From: a virus
Direction: 5' to 3' (one strand)
Length of the DNA stretch: 64,000 bases
Virus record (IMG/VR): IMGVR_UViG_3300044712_000429
Span: 6,036 to 70,035 of that record
Of the stretch, positions 55,101 through 63,692 are shown piece after piece. The notes under the pieces were generated by a model. That model worked only from the letters and a program-made list of their open reading frames with translations. It did no database searches and was not told where the DNA came from. Position numbers and translations under genes: made by a program. The stretch's first letter is position 1, and each line of letters begins with the position of its first letter.

Positions 55101-57116
55101 TTAAAAGATGATGTTGATGGTTCGGGTGAAGTTTCCGGTGAGGCGGCAAAGCAGGCTGTTGCGTTGGGTGGACGAGAAGCCGAGGCCGTTGAGTGCCTGG
55201 GCGTCGTTGAGCACCTTTGTCTTGGAGCCGACGAGTTCGAGCACCTTGCGGTGCTTGTCGAGGTCGCTGTGCAGGAATTCATTGTAGAACCCGCGAGCGG
55301 AGCCATCGTTCAGCGCATGCTCAAGCATGAAGAACAGGTGCTTGTTGCCGACGCCTTCACCGTCCCAGTGGTTCGGTGAGTGCATGACGACGGACACCGG
55401 CTGGAACTGGTGCGTGGCGACAGCCCACACTTCTTTCGATGCCGTGCTGGTCGGAAGTAGGGGTTCAACGCGAAGCTCTTTCGTCTTGGCGTCGAAATGA
55501 ATGTTGGCGACGTGAATGTTTCCTGTTACCGGCTTCTCATAGACCATGGTGAAGACTTGGCCACCGGCTTCAATCTCAACCACGAAGCCGACGTTCTCGC
55601 GGCTGCGCTGGCTGAACTGATTCACCTTGAGTTCGTAGATGCCGGTCTTCATCCGGTTCTTGTCGGCATAGACGATGTTCTCTGCCGGATCGTTGCGCTG
55701 GCCGTCAGTACCGTTCGCATCCACGTCGAGCAGGCCGCCACAGGGCGATACTTGACGGCGGCAACCGTAATAGATGCGGTGGCCTTGCGGCTCGTGCATG
55801 TGGAAGTCCAGATCGTCCTTGTTATGCCATGCAAGGCGGCAGCACAGATCGCCTTCGATGCGGCCACCAGCGGCCTTGACACGTTCTTTGATCGAGTCAG
55901 CTACTTCGCCGTTGTACGACCAGGAGAACGGGTTGCCCCATTTGAAGAGGGGCTTCGCGGTCGGATCGACCGGGGCGATGAGGCTGACGAAGTTCGGCGT
56001 GTGCCGGTTCTCGACCATGACCTCGATGGTGTTCACACGATGCAGGATGTCCTTGAGGAACTTCTCGACCGGCACGTCCTCGACCTTGTCGAGGTTTGTT
56101 GTCGCGGCCTTGGTTGGCTTCACGTCATCGAACAAATCGCCACCGACGACGCTCTTGCGCGCCGAGCGATTGACGAACAGCACGTTGTTCACGTTGATGT
56201 CGGAGAGGCGTGCAAAGCGACGTTGCAGGGCGCTGACCAAGCCCAGTTCGTTCAGCTCGGCCTTGGCCTTGTCGATCATGGCCTGGGTGACGAGTGCCGT
56301 GGGGCGCTTGTAGTTCGTCGGTGCGACCATCGCTTCGAACTTCTTGACGGCAGCTTCCAAGTCCATGCCTTCGGACAGGTCAACCAGCAGCGTTCCGATG
56401 GAGGTGTTGCGAATGCCGGTCACGGAGCCGGGGAGATCGATCATTCCCGCCCAGGCATAGGTGTTGACGGGTTGCACGGCTTTGCGCTGAAGCTCACGGA
56501 ACTTCGACACGGTGAACTTGTGTTCTTCGCCACGGTATAGGCTGTTCTGACCAATGAGTTCGAGCACCGTATCTACGGCTTCTGGCGTGATCTCGGTCAG
56601 CGCACGGGCGAAGACTTGCTGCGCAGTGCGTGTGACGTTCAGCGCCGAGGGAATGTCCCTGCCGGGCTTGACGTACTTCGCCGGGATGTTCACGAAGAAG
56701 TGCTGCCAAGTCTTCTGACCGTCGACCAGTTGCTCGAAGGTCTTGTCCGCACCAGCGACCTTGTCCCAATGCAGGAAGGTGTCGGTGATGGCGAACATCT
56801 TGACGCGCTTGGCCAGTGCATCAGCGACGGTCTGGTAAGGTTCCACCTCTTTACCTTTGAGCGTCACGTCCCAAATGCTGACGACCTTGCCGTCCACGAT
56901 GGCAACCACGTTACCCACGGCACGGATGAAGCTCTTGCAGCAGGAGCAATCGTGTTCGGTGCGTTCGCGGTAGATCGGATTCGTGCCTTCGGGGAAGGAC
57001 GACAAGTAGGTAGCCCACAGGTCGTCGCCTAAGATGCCGGTGCGATAGAGTTGCTTGGACTTGCACATTTCCGCGAATTGCTTGGCGACAGCTTCTTTTA
57101 GTACATGGAAATTCAT
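55101..57116 (-). CDS. Large conserved phage protein with YfaP/DUF2135-like domain
   Basis: HDCSCCKSFIR; L.W...DDLD.H..EP.G..IYY...G.LDVD.N...P.ENI. Confidence 0.75.
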   Translation of the reverse strand: MNFHVLKEAVAKQFAEMCKSKQLYRTGILGDDLWATYLSSFPEGTNPIYRERTEHDCSCCKSFIRAVGNVVAIVDGKVVSIWDVTLKGKEVEPYQTVADALAKRVKMFAITDTFLHWDKVAGADKTFEQLVDGQKTWQHFFVNIPAKYVKPGRDIPSALNVTRTAQQVFARALTEITPEAVDTVLELIGQNSLYRGEEHKFTVSKFRELQRKAVQPVNTYAWAGMIDLPGSVTGIRNTSIGTLLVDLSEGMDLEAAVKKFEAMVAPTNYKRPTALVTQAMIDKAKAELNELGLVSALQRRFARLSDINVNNVLFVNRSARKSVVGGDLFDDVKPTKAATTNLDKVEDVPVEKFLKDILHRVNTIEVMVENRHTPNFVSLIAPVDPTAKPLFKWGNPFSWSYNGEVADSIKERVKAAGGRIEGDLCCRLAWHNKDDLDFHMHEPQGHRIYYGCRRQVSPCGGLLDVDANGTDGQRNDPAENIVYADKNRMKTGIYELKVNQFSQRSRENVGFVVEIEAGGQVFTMVYEKPVTGNIHVANIHFDAKTKELRVEPLLPTSTASKEVWAVATHQFQPVSVVMHSPNHWDGEGVGNKHLFFMLEHALNDGSARGFYNEFLHSDLDKHRKVLELVGSKTKVLNDAQALNGLGFSSTQRNSLLCRLTGNFTRTINIIF

Positions 57117-57225
57117 GATGTGACCTTTCGTTGATGAGAAGATGGCCCCAGGCAACCGCCACGCTGCTCACCGATACCCGCAACATGGTGGTTGAAGGAA
57201 TCCAGCGTGGCGGGCCGAGGGTTCG

Positions 57226-57390
57226 TTACTCCAGGCTCCATTCGAAGCGTTGGGATTCAGCCGTCCAGTACTTGTGTCGTTCGGACAGCCGGTTGACGTT
57301 GTCCATGTTCCCGCTGTGCCGAGCGAGCGCCTGCTCAAGCTCGGTTGACCAGATCATGAATTCGTAGAAGGCGCGCATGAGGGCGGTCAT
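57226..57390 (-). CDS. 54-aa hypothetical protein, not in ORF track
   Basis: ATGA overlap with upstream ORF. Confidence 0.5.
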   Translation of the reverse strand: MTALMRAFYEFMIWSTELEQALARHSGNMDNVNRLSERHKYWTAESQRFEWSLE

Positions 57391-57581
57391 TTCCCAAGCC
57401 TCTTGGCATTCTTCCGCGCACGCTTGGCTTGTGCTGCTTCAAGCTGAGCGATGTCCTTGGGATACACTCGCCGCACATGCCGGTTCGCACGCTCTTCCAG
57501 AGTCTGACCTGTGAGAGTCTTAGAGAGTGCGCCGAAAGCGTGCGCGAGACCGGCAATGAGTATGCGGCGAGTTGAGGTCAT
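57387..57581 (-). CDS. Small basic protein
   Basis: AGGAG RBS; C-terminal AAQAKRARKNAKRL. Confidence 0.6.
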   Translation of the reverse strand: MTSTRRILIAGLAHAFGALSKTLTGQTLEERANRHVRRVYPKDIAQLEAAQAKRARKNAKRLGK

Positions 57582-57775
57582 GAATGACTCCTGATGTACC
57601 GTCGGAAGACCAGCAGTGATTCGATGAATTGACGGCGATACATCGGCTGACGTGCGAACTTGCGCAATGCCACCCGATACATCTTTATGGATTGCCGACA
57701 GAACTCGACGGTCTTTTCCACACCGTCACGTGCCTCCATGAAAGCGAGGCGAATGGGTTCATTGGCAAAGCTCAT
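57578..57775 (-). CDS. Hypothetical protein
   Basis: Coupled ORF. Confidence 0.6.
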   Translation of the reverse strand: MSFANEPIRLAFMEARDGVEKTVEFCRQSIKMYRVALRKFARQPMYRRQFIESLLVFRRYIRSHS

Positions 57776-57777
57776 GA

Positions 57778-58596
57778 TCAGGCCGTCGCTTCAGCCTTGG
57801 GCTGGCGGTCGTTGCTGAACTTCACCAGTGCCTCGATGTCCTTGTAGAGTTCGTCAATGCGCTTGTCGAGCGCAACCGGCCTAGTCTTGATGGCTTCGAG
57901 GGACTTGATGTCGTTCTCGATGACACGGATGTGTTCGAAGATGGCCGCGTCGTTGACGTTGGCGGCGTCGACGCCGTAGATGTAGGTGACGGTGCTGACG
58001 GGTGCTTCGGCATTGATGGGCATGGTGTTCTCCTTGAGTGCGGTGGGTGTGGGAATTGCAGTTATCGCTTGCGTTTGCTCGGACGATTGACCGAGCTTGC
58101 CGTAGATTGAATCGAGTACGATCTTCTTAACCAGATCAGTTTTCTCTTCTTCAGTCTTCTCTTCTTCGGACTTCGGTGATGGTTGACTGCCGTGTTTGAT
58201 ACGATCTTTATGATAAATCCAGTACTTCACGTCATCGTTCAGTCTGCGACCTTCAGACGACTGCTTGTTTGTCGTCCAGTGCGAAAGCACGTTCTGCATC
58301 CACGGTTCTTGCATACGCGCACAAGCAACGTGCGCTTGAGAACCCGTGTAGTTGAATTCTTCGCGGTAATGCAACAGGCCACGCCAAATGACGACCGTTG
58401 TAACTGCAGCGCAGTTTGTGTAGTTGTTGAAAAGCCCACACATGAAACCGTAGACCCTCTGGCGAAACTGCTTGTAGCTAACCTCGTCTTCGATGAAATA
58501 TTTAACGTACTCAGCGAAGATGTTATAGAACTTGCGCTCGTTGACCAGAACGGTCATGAGTTCGTCCATTGACTCAGGTAGCGGAAGTTTGCTCAT
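57778..58596 (-). CDS. Hypothetical protein, possibly with an internal start at MPINAE
   Basis: 272-aa ORF; AAGGAG precedes internal ATG at 58023. Confidence 0.65.
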   Translation of the reverse strand: MSKLPLPESMDELMTVLVNERKFYNIFAEYVKYFIEDEVSYKQFRQRVYGFMCGLFNNYTNCAAVTTVVIWRGLLHYREEFNYTGSQAHVACARMQEPWMQNVLSHWTTNKQSSEGRRLNDDVKYWIYHKDRIKHGSQPSPKSEEEKTEEEKTDLVKKIVLDSIYGKLGQSSEQTQAITAIPTPTALKENTMPINAEAPVSTVTYIYGVDAANVNDAAIFEHIRVIENDIKSLEAIKTRPVALDKRIDELYKDIEALVKFSNDRQPKAEATA

Positions 58597-58726
58597 GTTT
58601 CTTCTCCAGCGTGGGGATGATCTTGAAGGTGAGCCACACTCCGAAGATCATGCCGAAGGCAAAGCCGACGACACCGGAGAAGAGGCCCACCTTCAGGATT
58701 TCCCCGAAGGTGATGGTGGCCAGCAT
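58574..58726 (-). CDS. Small membrane protein
   Basis: One long hydrophobic segment. Confidence 0.5.
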   Translation of the reverse strand: MLATITFGEILKVGLFSGVVGFAFGMIFGVWLTFKIIPTLEKKHEQTSAT

Positions 58727-58728
58727 GA

Positions 58729-59169
58729 TTACTTGCCGAGCTTCGGCAACGGGAACGGCACCTTGTTCAAGGGCTGGCACTTGCCTTCCTCGGCGGCGAA
58801 GGGCTTCTTCACGAAGTCGCTTTCGAGGTAGCAGCCGAGGGCTTGGCTGACGGTGCTGCACTTGACAGTGAACTTCTCAACTTCCTTGCCTTTGACGGAC
58901 AGGATGCTGTTGGTGGCCCAACCGTCGCCCTGGGGGCAATCCGGCGATTGCGTGCTGTCACCGTGGCTCACGATCTTGTGGTCGGTGAAGCGCGGGTTCT
59001 CGGCGCGGTAGAGCTGCGCGTTGTACTCGCCGTTGGCACGGGCTTGGTTCCGAGCGTCTTCGAGGGTGGCAAAGCTGACGGGTTCCGGTGACTTGGAACA
59101 GGCGCCGAGGGTGGCGAGGGTGATGAGGCCGAGGATGGTACAGACGAACAGTGTGACGGTGCGCTTCAT
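58729..59169 (-). CDS. Lipoprotein
   Basis: MKR, hydrophobic core, lipobox LGAC; four further Cys; GGAG RBS. Confidence 0.8.
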   Translation of the reverse strand: MKRTVTLFVCTILGLITLATLGACSKSPEPVSFATLEDARNQARANGEYNAQLYRAENPRFTDHKIVSHGDSTQSPDCPQGDGWATNSILSVKGKEVEKFTVKCSTVSQALGCYLESDFVKKPFAAEEGKCQPLNKVPFPLPKLGK

Positions 59170-59199
59170 GGTGCTTCTCCAGGTGGTGGGTGAAAGGGG

Positions 59200-59279
59200 T
59201 GGTTCCCGCAGAAGGAGTTGAACACTTCGACCTCGCCCTTGTGTGTGGTGGGCGCGCTCTATCGCTGAGCTATGCGGGA
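59200..59279 (-). ncRNA. tRNA-like RNA with non-canonical 11-nt anticodon loop
   Basis: Acceptor TCCCGCA/TGCGGGA-A-CCA, D arm GCTC/GAGC, stem CGCCC/GGGCG, loop ACCACACACAA, variable AGGTC, T arm with TTCAACT loop. Confidence 0.8.
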
Positions 59280-59286
59280 AAAAGGG

Positions 59287-59421
59287 TTACTTCAAACGAC
59301 AGAATTCCTGGCGATGCGGATAGCCGCCTTTGGCCTTGGATTTCGGTGTTGCGGGAGGGGTGTAGCCGGGGAGGTTGCGCTGGTGATGCGCGATGGTGCG
59401 GTGCTTCTTGCCTTTGCTCAT
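59287..59421 (-). CDS. 44-aa basic peptide, not in ORF track
   Basis: MSKGKKHRTIAHHQRNLPGYTPPATPKSKAKGGYPHRQEFCRLK; GGAG RBS. Confidence 0.5.
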   Translation of the reverse strand: MSKGKKHRTIAHHQRNLPGYTPPATPKSKAKGGYPHRQEFCRLK

Positions 59422-59470
59422 TTGCTACTCCATTTGTTGATAAGGACTCTGACGCTCTGACCGGACTCTA

Positions 59471-59662
59471 TCAGAGTGTTTTAGGAAGTGTCAACGATTC
59501 ATTCAGATCGTTGGTGTAGCGAGCCATGCGCTCGCGTGACTGGGCCAGCTCGAACTCAGCTTCGGTGAGGCGTGCTTGCCAGCGGCGCTGGAACTCACCT
59601 TCGTTCTGGATGAGTTGACGCATGGCGGCTGCGTGGAAGACGCGTCGAATGTCAGTACTCAT
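59471..59662 (-). CDS. Hypothetical protein
   Basis: GGAG RBS. Confidence 0.5.
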   Translation of the reverse strand: MSTDIRRVFHAAAMRQLIQNEGEFQRRWQARLTEAEFELAQSRERMARYTNDLNESLTLPKTL

Positions 59663-59924
59663 GGATGCAGAACTCCTCCAGACATTCACTCATGTCGCGG
59701 ACAGAGTCATGCATGAAGGGCATCATGGCGTCCATCCACATCGTCAGATCATGCTGCCAATCCTCGGCAGTGGCGAAGGTCAGTGCATAAGAGGGAACAC
59801 CTCCCGGGCGACCCAGGCCAATACGAAAAGCGTTTGTGTTAAACGCACTGATGGCAAAGTACTCTTCAGTATTCCCATGGCGTGCGAACTTCTCGTACAA
59901 GCTGTCGAAGGGTTGTTTAGCCAC
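59652..59924 (-). CDS. Hypothetical protein
   Basis: GAGG RBS, GTG start. Confidence 0.55.
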   Translation of the reverse strand: MAKQPFDSLYEKFARHGNTEEYFAISAFNTNAFRIGLGRPGGVPSYALTFATAEDWQHDLTMWMDAMMPFMHDSVRDMSECLEEFCIHEY

Positions 59925-60117
59925 GACGTTTCCTCACTGGGCTGTATTTCTTGCTGGTCTGAGTGAAGTTGAGTAGTCTCTGATTCACCAGCCGCATAAG
60001 GCAGATGGACAGGTAAAACGGATTCGCTGAGCGGACATGAGCGCGTTTCTCGATGTCCGCATAGCCCATTGGCTCGGTGATGATGTCGAGCAGGCGGCGT
60101 TCGGTGCTATCGGCCAT
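59917..60117 (-). CDS. Small winged-HTH-like protein
   Basis: LL..I..PM....I..........L...L.RL....L pattern. Confidence 0.45.
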   Translation of the reverse strand: MADSTERRLLDIITEPMGYADIEKRAHVRSANPFYLSICLMRLVNQRLLNFTQTSKKYSPVRKRRG

Positions 60118-60469
60118 GGCTGAGCATCGCGTCGATTTGTTCCTGGGCTTGGTCGGAAATGCCTTTGGCCATGTCGATGATTTCCTCACGCGCTTCTTTG
60201 CTTTCAGCAATGCCGAGCACGTCGAAGTGCAGCTTGATCGCATGCATGTGTGCGTCCATCATGATTCCGCAGAACTGGGCGATCTCATCGTCATTGATGT
60301 CGGTGGTCATAGCCATCACCGTACCCAGTGCCTGGACGCTGCTGTAGAGCGGAATCACGAAGCGCACGCCGTTGGTGAACGCGGCACCTTTGATGGCGGC
60401 GATGTTGTCCATGCGTTCGCACATGTTGTCTTCGATTTGCTTCATCACGATGTGTGTTTCGGATGTCAT
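60107..60469 (-). CDS. Hypothetical protein
   Basis: ATGA overlap with primase stop. Confidence 0.6.
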   Translation of the reverse strand: MTSETHIVMKQIEDNMCERMDNIAAIKGAAFTNGVRFVIPLYSSVQALGTVMAMTTDINDDEIAQFCGIMMDAHMHAIKLHFDVLGIAESKEAREEIIDMAKGISDQAQEQIDAMLSHGR

Positions 60470-62892
60470 TTCACGGCTTTCAAAGGTGCGGTGGATTTGA
60501 CCTTCGGTGTCTTGAAGGTGAGCTTTTTCTTTTCGGTTGCGGACTCCTGCATTTCGATCAGATGTTTGCGGAACTCGGGGCTGATGTGCCATTGCACTTC
60601 CACGCCGTAGGCCATGTTCCCCAGGCGCTTGATGCGCTTTGTTTCAATGCCGCAATGCCTGAGCAGGGCAGTGAACTTATTGGGTGTCTCAGGCGTGTTC
60701 CCGCAGCAGTACTGGAAGATCGTGCGAATCTCTTCGCGTGTCAGTTTCTCGTAGTGCTTTTCGTTCGACAGCAAGTCCGCAGTGATCTTGCGGATAAGCA
60801 CGGCGTATGCGCTGGCATAAGCCATGTGCGTGGTCATAGTGGCCAGCTCGGCGAGGTGAGCCTCGTCAGGCATGGATGACCAGAGTTGTTCGAGGTCGCC
60901 GTTGATGATTGCATCAGCGGTCTCTTGGATAGAGGTCACAGCCAGCTTGGCGATACGACGCCGGTCAGCCGTATCCACGATTTGACTGGCACGCGAGAGC
61001 GAGGCTGCGTAATTCGTCAGGTAGTTGGCAAAGTCCTGCAGCTCCAGGGCAATGCCTTCCTTGACTTCGGTGTCGCTGATGATGAGCTTCTTGTGCTGGT
61101 ACAGGCCAATGTTGTAGCGTCGATCCGTGGGTGGTATCCAGACTGGCTGGCGCTTGTTACTGGCGAAGATCATGCCGAAGGTGTTCGGCACCGTGTGGGA
61201 CACGGTTTGCATTTCACGGATCGTTACAGTGGGTTCCGTGATGTAGATGCGGTACTTCGCGGTGACGATGCCTTTCTCGGTGAACGCATCCACGTCGATT
61301 TCATCGTTGTAGACAAGTAGCTTGTTCTTGAGGAAGCCGTTGAAGTTATCCTGGGCTTCGGTCATGCCGATAGGCATTACGTTGCTCGGGTGCAGCAGCG
61401 GTCTTGCGATGTAGTTGAAGAACGCACCCTTGCCGGTTCCTTCGATACCGTGGAACGTCCAACAGGTGAGGGGTTTTCCGATGCGCTGGAACAGGCATGC
61501 AAACCAGTTGATGAACTCGTCCATGACTTTCTTGTCACTGCCGACGAGGCTGAAGATTGTGCGGTAGATCAGAGGGCAGGAAGATTCGAGGTTCAGGTCT
61601 TGCGGTACGGCATTGATCATGTACTCGCTGCGCTGGAACATATTGATGCGCTTGTTTTCCATGTCGATGACCCAGTCTTCCTTGGGCAGATACTCCATGT
61701 TCCAGATTGGAATGAAATCCCCGAGGGTCTTGCCGTAGCTCTTGAGCCAGTGATCAATCTGTACTTCAGAACGCGCGCGGTGCAGGACAAGGGTGTTTGT
61801 GCCTTCGTTCCACAGGCCGTTCCAGTAGGATGCGCTCTTCGCATCACGGAAGCCCAGGACGATGTCGCCTTCCGTGGTGGGTGCTGCGTTTGCAGCCTCG
61901 CGTTCAGCGATCTTTTGTGCGTAGTAGGCTGGCAGCAGCTCCTTCGTGTAGAACGCGATACTGGTGTCCTTGAAGGTGTAGATCAGCTCGAAGTTGTCCT
62001 TGAAGTGCCAGTACGCCCAACTCTTCGAGTCGTTGATGTTCAGACGCACGTAGTCTTCATCTTCACGGATGCCGGTGATGACAGCTTCACCCGGCTTGGT
62101 GCGAATCTCCAGATCACCGATGAACTTCGTTGCCGCCTTGATGGGGTTGAAACCCTTGGCAGCGCGCAGTTCGTTGAGCTTGGCGCTCATCTTTTTCTTG
62201 AGGATTTCCGGTGCGTCGTATCCCATGCGTTCGATGGGCAGCGTGGTGAGCTTGTGCTTTACCAGCTCGGTACGCACCTTGAGCGGGTTTGGAATGCTGT
62301 CCTTAAAGATGGGTGGTGCGATGTAGATCAACTTGTCGTTCTGGCACGTGGTGATGTCCAGGGGCCAGCGCAGTGTCGCGTTATCGCTGCTCAAGCTCAT
62401 CTGATCAGAGTAGTGCTTTAGGTTCAGTCCCTGCAGCCAGAGCTTGATCAATGGCGCGGGCATGGGTGCGCTGAGCAGCATGAACACGTGACATGAGATT
62501 GTTCCTGCGGTGCCAGCCGTCATGTGGCTGGATGAATACTGCACCACATAAGTGATGTCGTTCAGGCCGAGGGTGGTGAGCGCCTCGTCTACGGAGGCAC
62601 AACGGTAACGATCGAAGTCCAGGCAGACCCACTGGGTCTCACCGCCGTGGATGTGCGTGTTCTTGCGGGATTCATTGGTGAGCTGACGGATCAGCTTCCC
62701 TTTGAACAGGCAGTGGCCTTTGGCAGCATGGGCAACGACGGCCTTGTAGAACTCGGTTGGGGTTTTTGCTTGTTCGATGTGGCTGGTCATGCGCCCAACG
62801 GAGGGGTAGGGGTTCTTTTCAATTTCACCCTTATCGTTGAGGAAGAACGTTTTTGTGAGCGGCACAGATGCGCTCAGGAAATGAATTTCCAT
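60466..62892 (-). CDS. Primase-helicase (primase-like N-terminus plus SF3/DUF5906 helicase)
   Basis: LDFD..YSSSH..CHVF; Walker A GIEGTGKG, Walker B YNDEI, ASN, DRR. Confidence 0.88.
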   Translation of the reverse strand: MEIHFLSASVPLTKTFFLNDKGEIEKNPYPSVGRMTSHIEQAKTPTEFYKAVVAHAAKGHCLFKGKLIRQLTNESRKNTHIHGGETQWVCLDFDRYRCASVDEALTTLGLNDITYVVQYSSSHMTAGTAGTISCHVFMLLSAPMPAPLIKLWLQGLNLKHYSDQMSLSSDNATLRWPLDITTCQNDKLIYIAPPIFKDSIPNPLKVRTELVKHKLTTLPIERMGYDAPEILKKKMSAKLNELRAAKGFNPIKAATKFIGDLEIRTKPGEAVITGIREDEDYVRLNINDSKSWAYWHFKDNFELIYTFKDTSIAFYTKELLPAYYAQKIAEREAANAAPTTEGDIVLGFRDAKSASYWNGLWNEGTNTLVLHRARSEVQIDHWLKSYGKTLGDFIPIWNMEYLPKEDWVIDMENKRINMFQRSEYMINAVPQDLNLESSCPLIYRTIFSLVGSDKKVMDEFINWFACLFQRIGKPLTCWTFHGIEGTGKGAFFNYIARPLLHPSNVMPIGMTEAQDNFNGFLKNKLLVYNDEIDVDAFTEKGIVTAKYRIYITEPTVTIREMQTVSHTVPNTFGMIFASNKRQPVWIPPTDRRYNIGLYQHKKLIISDTEVKEGIALELQDFANYLTNYAASLSRASQIVDTADRRRIAKLAVTSIQETADAIINGDLEQLWSSMPDEAHLAELATMTTHMAYASAYAVLIRKITADLLSNEKHYEKLTREEIRTIFQYCCGNTPETPNKFTALLRHCGIETKRIKRLGNMAYGVEVQWHISPEFRKHLIEMQESATEKKKLTFKTPKVKSTAPLKAVK

Positions 62893-62968
62893 GTGATGGT
62901 TGCTCCCGGGGTTGTGCATCAAGTCTAACAGAGAGCGTCAGAGCGTGAATTAGAAGATTAGCCGATGC

Positions 62969-63193
62969 TTATAGATCGACTTGATTAACGGTATCGATTA
63001 GCAGCATTGCGTGCTTGATCGATTTGTCGATGTCGACGTTTTCACCGATGTTCGGGTTGCTGATAGCTGCGCAGAAGATTGCTGTCGACACTTGCAGAAG
63101 CTGCGCACGCTTTACAGCAGGGTTATTGATGGAGGCTTCGATGGCCTGGGCTTGCAGGGCGAGGATGTCGTCCTTGTCTTCGTTGTCGAACAT
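62969..63193 (-). CDS. Hypothetical protein
   Basis: AAGGA RBS. Confidence 0.6.
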   Translation of the reverse strand: MFDNEDKDDILALQAQAIEASINNPAVKRAQLLQVSTAIFCAAISNPNIGENVDIDKSIKHAMLLIDTVNQVDL

Positions 63194-63195
63194 GA

Positions 63196-63387
63196 TCAGT
63201 CCTTTCGGTAGATAGAGAATGAAATGCGAGCGTAACGTTGTTCATGTGTTTCATTTGGGAACAGCTTGCGAGCTGCACCCTCAGCGGCAATCTTGGTGGG
63301 GTAGCCGAAGCTCACTTCACGTACGTGCCACACAGTGACAGCGTGTTCGTGGATAGGCATCTTGATGTCTGAGTGGCTGAACATCAT
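63196..63387 (-). CDS. Hypothetical protein
   Basis: Coupled ORF. Confidence 0.55.
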   Translation of the reverse strand: MMFSHSDIKMPIHEHAVTVWHVREVSFGYPTKIAAEGAARKLFPNETHEQRYARISFSIYRKD

Positions 63388-63647
63388 TTCTTCCCCAGGA
63401 CTGCCTTGAGTATTGGCCAGCCCAGTGAGTCGAACAGCAGCGCAGCGAACGTGGCGGTCATGATGCCTGCCGTGCTGCCGCTGTGAATGCGGAACACGAA
63501 GTACCAGACGATGGCGCTACACACAACAGCGAAGACGTGGCCTTTTAGCAGCTTGATGATGAACACCATGATGCCGATGAAGGCTATGACACCGGCAAGA
63601 ATCCAGTCCATTGAGCCGTGGAACAAAGTGAACATGATTTCCTCCAT
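63384..63647 (-). CDS. Membrane protein, about 3 TM
   Basis: Hydrophobic; GGAGG RBS favours ATG at 63635. Confidence 0.65.
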   Translation of the reverse strand: MEEIMFTLFHGSMDWILAGVIAFIGIMVFIIKLLKGHVFAVVCSAIVWYFVFRIHSGSTAGIMTATFAALLFDSLGWPILKAVLGKK

Positions 63648-63690
63648 TGGTCAAAAATTGATCAAAAGTTGTTCAAAAATTGATCAAAAA
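63647..63690. repeat. Four tandem 11-bp repeats TTGNTCAAAAR
   Basis: TTGGTCAAAAA TTGATCAAAAG TTGTTCAAAAA TTGATCAAAAA. Confidence 0.9.
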
Positions 63691-63692
63691 AC

